Below the pieces are notes generated by a model, which saw nothing but the letters and a program-made list of their open reading frames with translations, had not been told where the DNA came from and did no database searches. Positions 1 to 11,636 of a DNA stretch of 64,000 nt are shown here, in pieces. Within the stretch, counting starts at the first letter, position 1, and each line of letters opens with the position of its first letter. The translations under genes were made by a program, and so were the position numbers. Origin of the DNA: Planctomycetota bacterium (GTDB taxonomy: Bacteria; Planctomycetota; SZUA-567; H5-PLA8); NCBI GenBank assembly GCA_026184295.1, contig JAHCJK010000006.1, positions 4,891-68,890 on the forward strand. The letters are read 5' to 3'.

Positions 1-1244
1 CCCGGCCGCGCGCTGGCGGGGTCGGTCTCGAGTTCGATGTCCACCTTGAAGACCTGGCGGTCGGCGCGCCCGATCAGGTCGCGCGTCTCTTCCATGTATT
101 CCTCGAATTCGTCCTGCCCGTGCTCGGCCACGGCGGTCACCTTGCCGGGCATCGCCGGCGCGCTTCCGCGTCCCTGTCCGGCGAGCACGGACGCGCGCAC
201 GGTGGCGGCATGGCCGGGCGCGAGCATACCGACGCGCCCTTCGTCCACGAAGACGACGGCCTTCACGCGGCTCAGGTCGCTGAACTTCATGATCTCCCGC
301 CCGCCCACCGAAAGGCCCGGGCCGTACTTCACGCCGCGGCGGCTGCCGATCAGCACGTACCCCGGCGCGGGCGCGAGCACCTTCGATTGGTCGATGTTCT
401 CCTGAAGCTCCGCGCGGCGGTCCTCCGCGTCTTTCAGGCGCTTGGCGAAGGCGGCCTCGTTGCGCTGCATGCTGCGTTCGACGGTGGCGGCCTTGTCCTG
501 CGCGGCCCGCAGGCCGTTCTTCGCGTCGTGAATCTTCTGGCGCTGCTCGGTGACGGCCACCACGTCCGCGCGCAGGAGTTTCTCCAGCGCGAGGCGCGCG
601 GCCTCGACCTTGATCTTCTGTTCCTGCAAGTCCAGGCGTTTCTGTTCCAGCAGCGCCTTCGAAAACCGCGCCTCTTTGGCCAGCGACGACATCAGCGTCA
701 GTTCGTCGGTCATCGAGCGGTGCAGGGTGCGCGCGTTCTCGAGCTTCACCTGCGCGTCGAGGCGTTCGCTCTCTTCGGGGCCGTCCTCGAGGTCCTTCAG
801 CTTCAGTTGTTCGAGTTCCAGGCGCTCGGCGGTCTGCCGCACCTGGCCCTGCGCCGTGCGCAGGTCCTTCGCGAGCGCCTGGCGGTCCTTCATCTGTTCG
901 GCGTAGATGCGCGCGAGCAGCGCTTCCTGTTCCGCGAGCTGTTCCTGAAAAGGCAGCGCGTCGATCTCGAGCAGCAGGCCGCCTTTTTCGACGCGCGCGC
1001 CGTCTTCGGCCACGCGCAGCAGCGTCCCGCGCACCTTCGACCGGATGCCCTGCGTCGCGAACGGCTGCAGCGAACCCCGGGCGCGCACGACGTCTTCGAA
1101 TCGCCCGCGTTTCACCGTCGCGAACGGCAGTTCCACGGCGGGCCCGCGCCCGAACGCCAGCCAGCTCAGCGCGAGCGCCGACGCGCACACGGCCGCGGCG
1201 AGCGGGACCGGGCGGGCGAGGCGATGTAGAAGTGCGATGCGCAT
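1..1244 (-). CDS. HlyD / membrane-fusion-protein family efflux adaptor subunit (C-terminus runs off the window start)
   Basis: Absent from the ORF track because it is open at the window edge. Hand translation of the minus strand from the ATG at 1244-1242 gives MRIALLHRLARPVPLAAAVCASALALSWL (membrane anchor). This is followed by KVRGTLLRVAEDGARVEKGGLLLEID, a long coiled coil (LEQLKLKDLEDGPEESERLDAQVKLENAR...) and SKVLAPAPGYVLIG, the layout of HlyD-type adaptors. The + strand ORF 120..1229 is its Arg/Ala-rich mirror. Confidence 0.7.
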   Translation of the reverse strand, partial: MRIALLHRLARPVPLAAAVCASALALSWLAFGRGPAVELPFATVKRGRFEDVVRARGSLQPFATQGIRSKVRGTLLRVAEDGARVEKGGLLLEIDALPFQEQLAEQEALLARIYAEQMKDRQALAKDLRTAQGQVRQTAERLELEQLKLKDLEDGPEESERLDAQVKLENARTLHRSMTDELTLMSSLAKEARFSKALLEQKRLDLQEQKIKVEAARLALEKLLRADVVAVTEQRQKIHDAKNGLRAAQDKAATVERSMQRNEAAFAKRLKDAEDRRAELQENIDQSKVLAPAPGYVLIGSRRGVKYGPGLSVGGREIMKFSDLSRVKAVVFVDEGRVGMLAPGHAATVRASVLAGQGRGSAPAMPGKVTAVAEHGQDEFEEYMEETRDLIGRADRQVFKVDIELETDPASARP

Positions 1245-1300
1245 CCCATGATTGTCGGACGAGCCGGTTCAAAAGGTGCAAGAAATCCCAAGGTGCACGC

Positions 1301-1338
1301 AAAAAAAAGACGCCGCCCTCGCGGACGGCGCCTTTCTT
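1301..1338 (-). terminator. Rho-independent terminator (A8 / GC hairpin / T-rich; reads as hairpin + T8 on the minus strand)
   Basis: aaaaaaaa-gacgccgccctcgcggacggcgcc-tttctt. On the minus strand the GC stem is followed by TTTTTTTT. It lies downstream of the 1646..2698 gene and upstream of the adaptor gene start. Confidence 0.6.
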
Positions 1339-1498
1339 AAATTTTATAAATCAAGCTCGCGCAGTTTGGTGATTTGCTTTACGGCTACGCGCTCACCCTC
1401 ACTCGCATTTCTTAAGCACTGGGTTGCAAACGGTACGCTTAGCGCCGGGTTCGCCGCTCGCGGACACCCTCATCTCGGTCTCGCTTCGCTCGCTCGGT

Positions 1499-1567
1499 CT
1501 TCTCCCTTTAAGGGAGAAGGCTGGCGCAGCACTCCTGCCGTGGAGCCCTCTCCCTTCAAGGGAGAGG
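1499..1567. repeat. Two copies of a palindromic REP-like unit (CTCCCTTyAAGGGAG core)
   Basis: cttctccctttaagggagaag (1499-1519) and cctctcccttcaagggagagg (1547-1567). Each is a perfect or near-perfect 10 bp inverted repeat, and both lie in the roughly 300 nt untranslated gap between 1339 and 1645. Confidence 0.7.
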
Positions 1568-1645
1568 CCGACGTGAGTGCAACGAACGCGGGTGAGGGTG
1601 TGCGCAGCCTTAGGCCGAGCGCTGCGCGCATGCCTCGGGACCAAC

Positions 1646-2698
1646 TTACGCGATGCGTACTTCGCGGCCGGTCGAGCCGGACTCGTAGATCGCGTCGAGG
1701 ATCTTCTGCAGCTTGAGCGACTCCTCGGGCTTCACCAGCGGCGGGACGCCTTTCAGCACGCAATCGACGAAGTGGACCATGCGTTCTTCGGGGACGGGCA
1801 GCGTCTCGAGCACCGGCGCGGCGCTGGTGATCTCCTTGCCCTGGGCCTTGTGGATCATGGCGGGGAAGAGGCTCGCGCCGGCTTCCGTGCCGTAAATGTC
1901 CACGCCGTGGTCCTTGCCCTTTTCCGCGTGCAGCGCCCAGCTGACTTCCAGGATCGCCGACTTGCCGCCCTTCAGGCGCACCAGCGCGCCGGCAAAGTCT
2001 TCGACTTCGAACGGCTTGTTCGGATCGACTTCGCCCTTGCCCCACGAGCCGTCGCCCAGCCCGCGCGGGCCGAACTTCGCGTACGTCACGCCGCTCACGG
2101 CTTCGGCGTCGAAGTTGTCCATGATGTGGAGCAGGCAGTCGAGCAGGTGCACGCCGATGTCGTAGCAGCATCCGCCGCCGGCCATCTTCTTCTGCGTGAA
2201 CCACGAGCCGATGCGCGGAATCCCCGAGCGGCGCAGCCAGTGCGCGCGCCCGTGGTAGATTTCGCCAAGTTCCCCAGCGGCGGCGGCGGCCTTGACCTTC
2301 TGCGTTTCGGGGTTGAAGCGGAAGTTCTGCCCGACCATGAAGACGACCTTCTTTTCCTTCCACGCGTCCACGATCTGCTGCGCCTCGCGCGCGTTCGTGG
2401 CCATGGGCTTGTCGAGCAGCACGTGCTTGCCGGCCTTGATCGCCTCGGTGGCCACCGGCGCGTGTAGCGCGTTGGGCAGCGCGACGGAGACGGCGTCGAT
2501 CGTCTTGTCCTTCAGCAGTTCCTTGTAGTCCTCGACGCCCTTCGGCAGCGCATATTTGGCGACGGCTTCGGCGCGGCGTTCGGGGTTCACTTCCGCGACC
2601 GCGGCCACTTCGGCGTCGGGATGTTTTTGAAAACCCTGGATGTGGTGCAGGCCGATGGCGCCCGCCCCGATGACGGCACAACGCAGCTTCTTGCTCAT
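1646..2698 (-). CDS. Gfo/Idh/MocA family NAD(P)-dependent oxidoreductase
   Basis: 350 aa. N-terminal Rossmann motif LRCAVIGAGAIGLHH, then EVAAVAEVNPERR and KHVLLDKPMA, typical of the family. Normal amino-acid composition, unlike the overlapping frames. Confidence 0.85.
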   Translation of the reverse strand: MSKKLRCAVIGAGAIGLHHIQGFQKHPDAEVAAVAEVNPERRAEAVAKYALPKGVEDYKELLKDKTIDAVSVALPNALHAPVATEAIKAGKHVLLDKPMATNAREAQQIVDAWKEKKVVFMVGQNFRFNPETQKVKAAAAAGELGEIYHGRAHWLRRSGIPRIGSWFTQKKMAGGGCCYDIGVHLLDCLLHIMDNFDAEAVSGVTYAKFGPRGLGDGSWGKGEVDPNKPFEVEDFAGALVRLKGGKSAILEVSWALHAEKGKDHGVDIYGTEAGASLFPAMIHKAQGKEITSAAPVLETLPVPEERMVHFVDCVLKGVPPLVKPEESLKLQKILDAIYESGSTGREVRIA

Positions 2699-2733
2699 CT
2701 TTCGTCCTCTCGGTGGTTGGAAAAAATCCGCGG

Positions 2734-3474
2734 TCAGCCCGCCTGCGCGGCGAGCCTCCGCGCCAATTCCTCGCGCAGCCGCGCCAGCACCTGGTCCTGG
2801 GAAAGGCTGCTGGAATCGATGTCGATGGCGTCGTCGGCCTTGCGCAGGGGCCCGACCTCGCGGCTCTCGTCGACCTTGTCGCGATACTCGATCTGCTTCT
2901 TCAGGCCTTCGACGTCGAAGGGTTCGCCCCGCGCGCGGAGTTCGTCGGCGCGGCGGCGGGTGCGTTCGTCCAGGTCGGCGTGCACGAAAAACTTGATGAA
3001 CGCGTCGGGAAAGACCACGGTGCCGATGTCGCGGCCTTCCAGCACCACGCCGCGCGCGCCGGACGCCAGCACCTTGCGCGCCGCGGTCTGCATCTTGGCC
3101 ACCAGGGCCGCGCGCACGTCGCCGTTGTTCACGACGGGCTTGAGCGTCAGCGTCAGCGCGGCGGTAAAGAGTTCCTCGGTGTGGTCGTTCAGCGGCTTGC
3201 CGGGCTTGGCGGCGATCAGAAAGCGCTGCTTGTCGTCCACGATGCGGTACTCGAACTGCATGTCGCGGGCGATCTCGGTGACGCGGTCGGGGGCTTCCTC
3301 CGCGTTGATGGCGCCCTGCAGGGCCAGAAAGGCCACCGCGCGGTACATCGCGCCGGTGTTCAGGTGCGCGTAGCCTTCGGCCTGGGCGAGCAGACGCGCG
3401 GCGGTGGACTTGCCGCTGCCCGCGGGCCCGTCGATCGCCACGATGATGCCCTGGGTCTTGCTCATGCGTTCCAT
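2734..3474 (-). CDS. cmk: Cytidylate kinase
   Basis: P-loop IIVAIDGPAGSGKSTAARLLA, then HLNTGAMYRA and VLEGRDIGTVVFPDA. The start is trimmed to MERMSKTQG (ATG at 3474; an alternative ATG is at 3465). The 290 aa track ORF has an implausible Arg/Ala-rich extension. Confidence 0.9.
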   Translation of the reverse strand: MERMSKTQGIIVAIDGPAGSGKSTAARLLAQAEGYAHLNTGAMYRAVAFLALQGAINAEEAPDRVTEIARDMQFEYRIVDDKQRFLIAAKPGKPLNDHTEELFTAALTLTLKPVVNNGDVRAALVAKMQTAARKVLASGARGVVLEGRDIGTVVFPDAFIKFFVHADLDERTRRRADELRARGEPFDVEGLKKQIEYRDKVDESREVGPLRKADDAIDIDSSSLSQDQVLARLREELARRLAAQAG

Positions 3475-3547
3475 GCCGCGTGCGCGCGGCGCAAAAAAAG
3501 AGGGGCAGTCGCCTGCCCCCGGTGCAGCGGGAGATGCTTCCGCGCGG

Positions 3548-4096
3548 CTACTGCAGTTGAATGACCGTCGTCTCGACGTCGGTGCTGCTCGAGGAGCGCC
3601 CGCCATCGCTCGTGCCGCCGCTCTTGGACTTCGAACCCGAGTTCGTGCCCGCGGCTTCGCGCTTCGATTCCTTCTTGCTCTCGCTGCCCGAATACTTCGA
3701 GCGCGCGATGTACTCGGCGCGCAGGCGCGCGTCTTCCTTCTCGCGGTTTTCCTTCATGCGCTGTTCTTCCTGGGCGTCCTTCGCCGCCTGGGCGGCCGCC
3801 TTCTTGCGCGTCTCCGCGATCATCTTGTCGAATTCCGCGTCGGACTTGTTCTTCTTCTTGGCTTCCATCTCGGCGAGTTCCTTGCGGACCGCTTCCTTCT
3901 CGGCGGCCCACTTGGCTTTCTCGGCTTCCCACTTGGCCTGTTCGGCGCGGAGCTTGTCCGCGGCCGTGGTCAGGCGGCCTTCGATCTCGTTGTCGTACAG
4001 GCGCTCGGCCTTGGGGGCGTCTTCGGCGCGCAGGCCGCTCATTCCGCCCAGCGCGAGAACCACCAGCAGGGGCCAGCACGAACCAAGCTGCCGCAT
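3548..4096 (-). CDS. Secreted K/E/A-rich coiled-coil protein, function unknown
   Basis: 182 aa. Signal peptide MRQLGSCWPLLVVLALGGMSGLRA|EDAPK, then charged heptad-like low complexity and a Ser/Gly-rich tail. No recognisable family. Confidence 0.6.
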   Translation of the reverse strand: MRQLGSCWPLLVVLALGGMSGLRAEDAPKAERLYDNEIEGRLTTAADKLRAEQAKWEAEKAKWAAEKEAVRKELAEMEAKKKNKSDAEFDKMIAETRKKAAAQAAKDAQEEQRMKENREKEDARLRAEYIARSKYSGSESKKESKREAAGTNSGSKSKSGGTSDGGRSSSSTDVETTVIQLQ

Positions 4097-4208
4097 AGCG
4101 CACCTCTTGAAAGGGTTTGACGAAAGCCCTTACAGGTTACGCAATTGGCGCATTCTTTCCAAGCGAAAATCGGGTAGACCGCCGAAGCTCGAACCTGAGG
4201 AATCTCAA

Positions 4209-4415
4209 GTGTGTATCGTAAAGGTCATATACAAGTCAGGGTCCGGCTGCTGGCGCGTAGTCGTCGGCCATGGTATGGGCTTGCTGGATGGCGGGGTCGA
4301 ACAGGATTGGCCGGAAGCGTACGTGCCTGAGGAAGCGCGCCAACCCAACGCAGTTTTCTATGTTGTGAAGTATGTGGATGGCGTGCCGATTACGAAATTG
4401 CGCGAAGGGCCTTGA
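4209..4415 (+). CDS. Possible small protein (about 68 aa), function unknown
   Basis: Tail of the spurious track ORF 3561..4415. GC content drops locally over 4100-4420. A GTG at 4209 is preceded by gagga (4195-4199). The peptide is VCIVKVIYKSGSGCWRVVVGHGMGLLDGGVEQDWPEAYVPEEARQPNAVFYVVKYVDGVPITKLREGP, which has normal composition. No family recognised. Confidence 0.3.
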   Translation: MCIVKVIYKSGSGCWRVVVGHGMGLLDGGVEQDWPEAYVPEEARQPNAVFYVVKYVDGVPITKLREGP

Positions 4416-4425
4416 AGCGCCGATT

Positions 4426-5028
4426 CTATTCCTTCAGCTCCACGTCCCAGTAGGCTTCTTCCAGGAAGCGCTCCCAGCTTTCCTTGCGCTGGCGGCCGAT
4501 CTTGTCGCCCACGCGCGTGGCCCAGGCGGGCTTGACCGGCTTGCGCAGCAGCCTCATGTGAGCCTCGTGCGGCAGCTTGTCGCCCTTGCGGATGTTGCAG
4601 TCGAGGCAAGCGAGGACGATGTTTTCCCACGTGCCGGTGCCGCCGCGCGAGCGCGGGACGATGTGGTCGAGCGTCAGTTCGCCGCGTTCGAACTTCTTGC
4701 CGCAGTACTGGCAGACGTTGGCGTCGCGTTCGAAAATGTTGCGGCGGGAGAACTTCACTTCCTTGGTAAAGCGCCCGTTGAAGCTCGTCAGCACGATCAC
4801 TTCCGGCACCGCAATCGAGAAGGTCGCGGAGCGGATGCGCTTGCCGGACTTCGCGGCATGCGTGGCTTCGACCCAGCCGTCGAAATCGTACGTCGAGTAA
4901 TCGTTGGGAGAGACGATGCGCGCGGCGTTTTGAAAAACGAGGGTGAGCGCCCGGCGGACGCTGGCAACGTTGATGGCGATCCACGAACGGTTGAGAACCA
5001 GTACTTTATCGGAGAGTACCATTTCCAT
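4426..5028 (-). CDS. HNH endonuclease family protein
   Basis: Start trimmed to MEMVLSDKVLVLNRSW (ATG at 5028). HNH core: CQYCGKKFERGELTLDHIVPRSRGGTGTWENIVLACLDCNIRKGDK (CxxC...H...N...CxxC zinc finger). Confidence 0.85.
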   Translation of the reverse strand: MEMVLSDKVLVLNRSWIAINVASVRRALTLVFQNAARIVSPNDYSTYDFDGWVEATHAAKSGKRIRSATFSIAVPEVIVLTSFNGRFTKEVKFSRRNIFERDANVCQYCGKKFERGELTLDHIVPRSRGGTGTWENIVLACLDCNIRKGDKLPHEAHMRLLRKPVKPAWATRVGDKIGRQRKESWERFLEEAYWDVELKE

Positions 5029-5311
5029 GCGTGTTTGAAGCGCGGGTCTCGCGCCCCCTCGCCCCTCGCGATATGCAGGCCTAAAGCCTACGGTAGACTT
5101 TAGTGCATCGCAAGAATTTGTCAAGACCTGTAAAAGCCGACACTTATGAGAACGGCTCGCGCCGTTAGGCCCTTGCGAGAAGCGTCTGACTTTTGGATGA
5201 ATCCGCGCGGCGCATAGCTCACCTACCATCTGGTCGGTTATGTTCGCCAAAGCATTGCCGCGGAAGGAGGACCAAGGTAAGGTGTCGGCTCCCGCGCGGA
5301 GGATTTTCCCC

Positions 5312-6496
5312 ATGCGTATGCTCACCCTCGCCGCCGGCCTGCTTTCGCTGGCCGCGAACCTCGCCGCCGCCGAAGCGCCCGAGAAGGTCAAGGACGGCTT
5401 CGAACTCAACTACAAGGCCGCCGTCCAGGCCGTCACCGAGAAGGACTGGCCCACCGCCGAAGTGATGTTCGAAGCGGCGCTGAAGGCCCTCGGCGAGGCC
5501 GACCACCCGAACAAGCTCGCCGCGCAGACGCTCTTCGCCAAAGCGCAGGGCATCAACAAGAAGAACAAGGAGATCCGCGACACGCTCCGCGCCGCCGACG
5601 AGATGCTCAAGCTCAAGCAGTGGCCCGAAGCGAAGGAACTCTACGCGAAGGCCGGGGAACTCGGCGCGCCCCAGGAAGCCGTGCAAAAAGGGCTCGCGCT
5701 CGCCGAATCCGGCGCGAAAGGCGGCGACGCGAAGCCTCCCGCCGATCCCGCCAAGCCCGCGACGCCCGCCACCGAAGCCCCCGCGGCCGGGAAGTCGTAC
5801 GACCAGTACGTGAAGGACGGCCTCGGCAAGCTCGAGAAGAAGGACTTTAGGGCCGCGAAGGACGACTTCGAGGCCGCGCTGAAGCTCAAGCCCGGCGACG
5901 CGGTGGCCGCCACGGGCCTGAAGGAAGCCGAGCGCGGCCTGGGCGTCACGTCCGCGCCCGCGCCGGAAAAGCCCGCCGCGCCCGAGACCCCCGCGGCCGC
6001 CGCGGCGATTCCGCTGCCGCAGCCGGTGGCGCTCGTGCGCGAAGAATGGGACCAGGGCGCCGGCTCGGCCACGCTCTGGGCCGGCGAACTCCTGCATCTC
6101 AACGAAGGCGACGAGAAGTTCCGCCGCGTGCTGAAAGGCGACTTTGCCGCCTCCGTGGCCATCGAAGCGCGCATGGACGAGCAGTCGATGATCTACCTCG
6201 ACCTGCGCCCCGAAAAGAAGAGCGGGAAGAAGTACCCGATCCTGCACGGCTACGGCAGCAAGGCCGGCTCCGCGCCGTTCCTGCAGGTGGACAAGGAGAC
6301 CGCCGGGAAGGGCGACGCGCAGCCGCGCAACAGACAGATCACGCTCTCGTTCCGGCGCACGGGCGGCCGGATCGAATTCTTCTGCGACGGGGTCAAGATC
6401 GCCGAAAGCGATGCGATTCCCGCCGACGTGCCCGTCTGGCTGTGGTGCTGCGGCAAAGGCGAGATGAACGGCGCGAAGGTGGAGGGCGGGAAGTAG
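5312..6496 (+). CDS. Secreted protein with TPR-like helical N-terminal half and Pro/Ala linkers, function unknown
   Basis: ATG at 5312 is preceded by ggagga (5298-5303). Signal peptide MRMLTLAAGLLSLAANLAAAEA. Repeated '...A..DF.AALKLKP' helical units, and a C-terminal roughly 150 aa beta-rich domain. Confidence 0.6.
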   Translation: MRMLTLAAGLLSLAANLAAAEAPEKVKDGFELNYKAAVQAVTEKDWPTAEVMFEAALKALGEADHPNKLAAQTLFAKAQGINKKNKEIRDTLRAADEMLKLKQWPEAKELYAKAGELGAPQEAVQKGLALAESGAKGGDAKPPADPAKPATPATEAPAAGKSYDQYVKDGLGKLEKKDFRAAKDDFEAALKLKPGDAVAATGLKEAERGLGVTSAPAPEKPAAPETPAAAAAIPLPQPVALVREEWDQGAGSATLWAGELLHLNEGDEKFRRVLKGDFAASVAIEARMDEQSMIYLDLRPEKKSGKKYPILHGYGSKAGSAPFLQVDKETAGKGDAQPRNRQITLSFRRTGGRIEFFCDGVKIAESDAIPADVPVWLWCCGKGEMNGAKVEGGK

Positions 6497-6497
6497 G

Positions 6498-7937
6498 CTA
6501 CGCCCCCGCCGTGCAGAGCCCGTAGATCGTGTAGACGGCGAAGCCCGTGTAGACGCACGTCGCCACGAGCATCATGACAATGCAGAACGGACCCGGGCGC
6601 GCGGACTTGGGCAGGTAGCGCAGGTTCATGTAGAGCATCAGCGGCACGTACACGGCCATCGCGATCCCGCCCATGAACGCGGCGTTGGTGAGGAACGCGA
6701 GCCCCGAGGTGCCCTTCCAGTGTTCCATCACGAAGGTGATGCCGACGCCGGCCACGATCCAGGCGCCGGCGATCACCGCGTACCACCAGGATAGCTCGCG
6801 CTTCTGCGCGCCGGCGAAGTTGGTGTAGACGATGTCCGCGATGGAGCGCGCCACGCCGTCCACCAGCGCCAGTTGGGTGCTGAAGAGCGTCGCGACGCCG
6901 ACCATGAGAAAGATCACGCGCCCCGGCGCGCCCCAGACTTCGCCCAGCACCTGCGCCTCGTCCCAGATCAGCGAGCCCGCCCCGGGGACGATGCCCTTCG
7001 GGTGGAGCACTGCCAGCGAGCCGAAGATGAAGAGCATGATCGTCAGCGAGTTCAGGAACCAGAAGAAGAGCAACTGGTCCTGGACGATGTACTTGAACCA
7101 GCTTTTGAAGCGCGCGCCGTTTTCCGCGTTATCTTGGTAACGGAAGCCCGTCGAAGGGATCGTTTCGTGCCGTCCGCGCAGCAGGTTCGGCATCGCGGGG
7201 ATGTGCGCGCCCATGCCGATGTTCTTGTCGCGCAGGTAAAAGGTATAGAACAGGTTCGCCGTGCCGCCCGCCCCGGCGAAGACGAGCAGGATGAAGAAAT
7301 CCTTCGTCGCGACGCCTTCGGGCACGTTGGGGATGTTGACCAGCCCCGCGCCGAGTTCCTTCCAGACGCTTGACGTGCCGACGACCACCGCGACGGCGAT
7401 CAGCCCCAGCGTGACGATCGCGACCATCACCTCGATGGAGATTTCGACCGACTTGTAGACGACCTTGGGGCCGAAGAGCAGCAGCGCGACCGCGCCGAAG
7501 GTGAGCGCCGTCCAGCAGGTGTCCGAGCCCCAGAAGGAATCCTTGGCGAACTCGGGCGAGAAGATCAGCGCTTTGAGCGCGTTGCCGCTGGCGCGGGCCC
7601 AGCCCGGCGCGATCCAGCCGAGGATCGTGAGCAGGATGAAGACCGGCGCGAAGCCGCGCCAGACGCGCGCGAAGCCGGTAAAGACCGTCTCGCCCGTGGC
7701 CACGGTCCAGCGTCCGACTTCGAAGTTGATCCAGAGCTGGAGGAAGACGCCGAGGACCGCGGCCCAGATCATGCCCGCGCCGTGCTCCGCGACCGAACGC
7801 GGCCAGATGATGATCTCGCCCGCGCCGATGGACAGACCGACCAGGATCGCGCCCGGGCCGGCCATCTTCCAGAAGCCCAGCGAACGCTCCGGGAGGTCGG
7901 CCTGTTTGAAATCGTTCAACGGCGCAAAAAGAGCCAT
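6498..7937 (-). CDS. Nramp-family-like polytopic membrane transporter
   Basis: Start trimmed to MALFAPLNDF (ATG at 7937). About 11 hydrophobic segments. N-terminal GPGAILVGLSIGAGEII resembles Nramp/MntH-related transporters. The substrate cannot be inferred. Confidence 0.55.
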   Translation of the reverse strand: MALFAPLNDFKQADLPERSLGFWKMAGPGAILVGLSIGAGEIIIWPRSVAEHGAGMIWAAVLGVFLQLWINFEVGRWTVATGETVFTGFARVWRGFAPVFILLTILGWIAPGWARASGNALKALIFSPEFAKDSFWGSDTCWTALTFGAVALLLFGPKVVYKSVEISIEVMVAIVTLGLIAVAVVVGTSSVWKELGAGLVNIPNVPEGVATKDFFILLVFAGAGGTANLFYTFYLRDKNIGMGAHIPAMPNLLRGRHETIPSTGFRYQDNAENGARFKSWFKYIVQDQLLFFWFLNSLTIMLFIFGSLAVLHPKGIVPGAGSLIWDEAQVLGEVWGAPGRVIFLMVGVATLFSTQLALVDGVARSIADIVYTNFAGAQKRELSWWYAVIAGAWIVAGVGITFVMEHWKGTSGLAFLTNAAFMGGIAMAVYVPLMLYMNLRYLPKSARPGPFCIVMMLVATCVYTGFAVYTIYGLCTAGA

Positions 7938-8156
7938 ACGCAGGCGGCCCCCGGGTTTCGATTGCCTTGGTCGTGTTGAAAATAGAGCAGGCAAGCACCC
8001 TAACGCATTCGAAGAAAAACTGCATTTTCGATTCTGGGTGAATGCTTCACCGCGGAGGCGCGGAGGACGCGGAGCACGGCCCGTATTGGGCACGGAGCTG
8101 CCACAATGAGCTTTTACAAGCTTGCTTGGACGGTGTTCTTCCAGGACACCGGCGCC

Positions 8157-8278
8157 CCCTCACCCTCAATCCCTCTCCCCCGCAACGGCGCGGGGGCGAG
8201 GGAGGACTGGGCAGGTGAGGGTCTGTTGGCGGCGCGGGGACGAGGGAGGACTGGCAGGTGAGAGTCTGTTGGCGGCGT
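8157..8278. repeat. GC-rich REP-like hairpin plus a 43-44 nt tandem duplication
   Basis: ccctctcccccgc...gcgggggcgaggg forms an inverted repeat. The unit gggg(g/a)cgagggaggactgg(g)caggtgag(g/a)gtctgttggcggcg occurs twice in tandem (about 8192-8235 and 8236-8278). Confidence 0.75.
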
Positions 8279-8341
8279 GGTGGTGGTCGGCAAAAGGCGG
8301 CGAAGTCCACCTTCACAGTTCTGTTTCCTGCGTGCTGTCGC

Positions 8342-8419
8342 CAGGTCCCAGGTCCCAGGTCACTGTCCTCTGTCCTCCGATCCCTGTCCTCTGATCCCTG
8401 TCCCCTGATCCCTGTCCGT
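8342..8419. repeat. Short tandem repeats (7-mer caggtcc x2-3; 14-mer tgatccctgtccyc x3)
   Basis: caggtcccaggtcccaggtca, followed by cgatccctgtcctc tgatccctgtcccc tgatccctgtccgt. Noncoding, upstream of rpsU. Confidence 0.8.
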
Positions 8420-8554
8420 TCGCTCTTGGACTTGCGCGGCGCGCGGGTCTGACTATCCTTTTGCGCACTCCGGGCGAAGTGGGGGCGTGCCTCGTGGGAG
8501 GCCGGCGGTCCGGAGTCTCGTTGTTTTTGGCGTTTAGCAAGTGACGGAGATTGC

Positions 8555-8746
8555 ATGATCCGCGTGGAAGCCCGTGCCGGCGAGTCGCTCGACAAGACGC
8601 TGCGCCGTTTCAAGAAGCAGTGTGAGAAGGAAGGTCTGACGAAGGAAATGAAGAAGACCTCCTATTTCGAGAAGCCCAGCGAACGCAAGCGCCGCAAGAT
8701 GCGCGTGAGCGAGAAGAACAAGGAAAAGGCTGGGCGCACGAAGTGA
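8555..8746 (+). CDS. rpsU: 30S ribosomal protein S21 (bS21)
   Basis: 63 aa. MIRVEARAGESLDKTLRRFKKQCEKEGLTKEMKKTSYFEKPSERKRRK matches the bS21 pattern (..ALRRFKR.CEK.G......R..YEKP...RKR). Confidence 0.9.
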   Translation: MIRVEARAGESLDKTLRRFKKQCEKEGLTKEMKKTSYFEKPSERKRRKMRVSEKNKEKAGRTK

Positions 8747-8749
8747 GGT

Positions 8750-8772
8750 TTGTCGGGAAGCCGACAGACGTC
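8750..8772 (+). terminator. Hairpin immediately after rpsU (possible terminator, no clear T-tract)
   Basis: gtttgtcgg-gaag-ccgacagac: a 9 bp stem (one G-U pair) with a GAAG loop. Confidence 0.35.
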
Positions 8773-9006
8773 AGTTCAAATTCTACCAATCCGGCCCAAC
8801 GAACGCGTCCCAAGGGCGTCTAATTCGCCAAAGGCCGCGCGTATTCCCGTTCGATGCTTGCCGAAGTAAATCGACACGGTTATAGAGAGCGCCTTGTTTT
8901 GCCGCGCACACACGCGGTACGCGTGAAACGCGCGGGCTTCCGTGTTTTCCATATGACAGCCGGACGTTGCTAAATCCAGCCGCGGGGTGGCAGGGAGGGG
9001 ACGGGC

Positions 9007-11625
<2,619 letters not shown>

Positions 11626-11636
11626 GCTGCGCGCGC

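Noticed and set aside
120-1229. 369 aa plus-strand ORF at the window start
   Set aside because: It is an Arg/Leu/Ala-rich mirror. The minus strand reads as an HlyD-family adaptor that is missing from the track only because it is open at the window edge.
8378-8419. Possible CRISPR array (regularly spaced short repeats here and at 55378-55650)
   Set aside because: The repeats are contiguous 7-14 nt (or 6 nt coding) units with no unique spacers. The period is far below CRISPR repeat-plus-spacer length, and there are no cas genes in the window.
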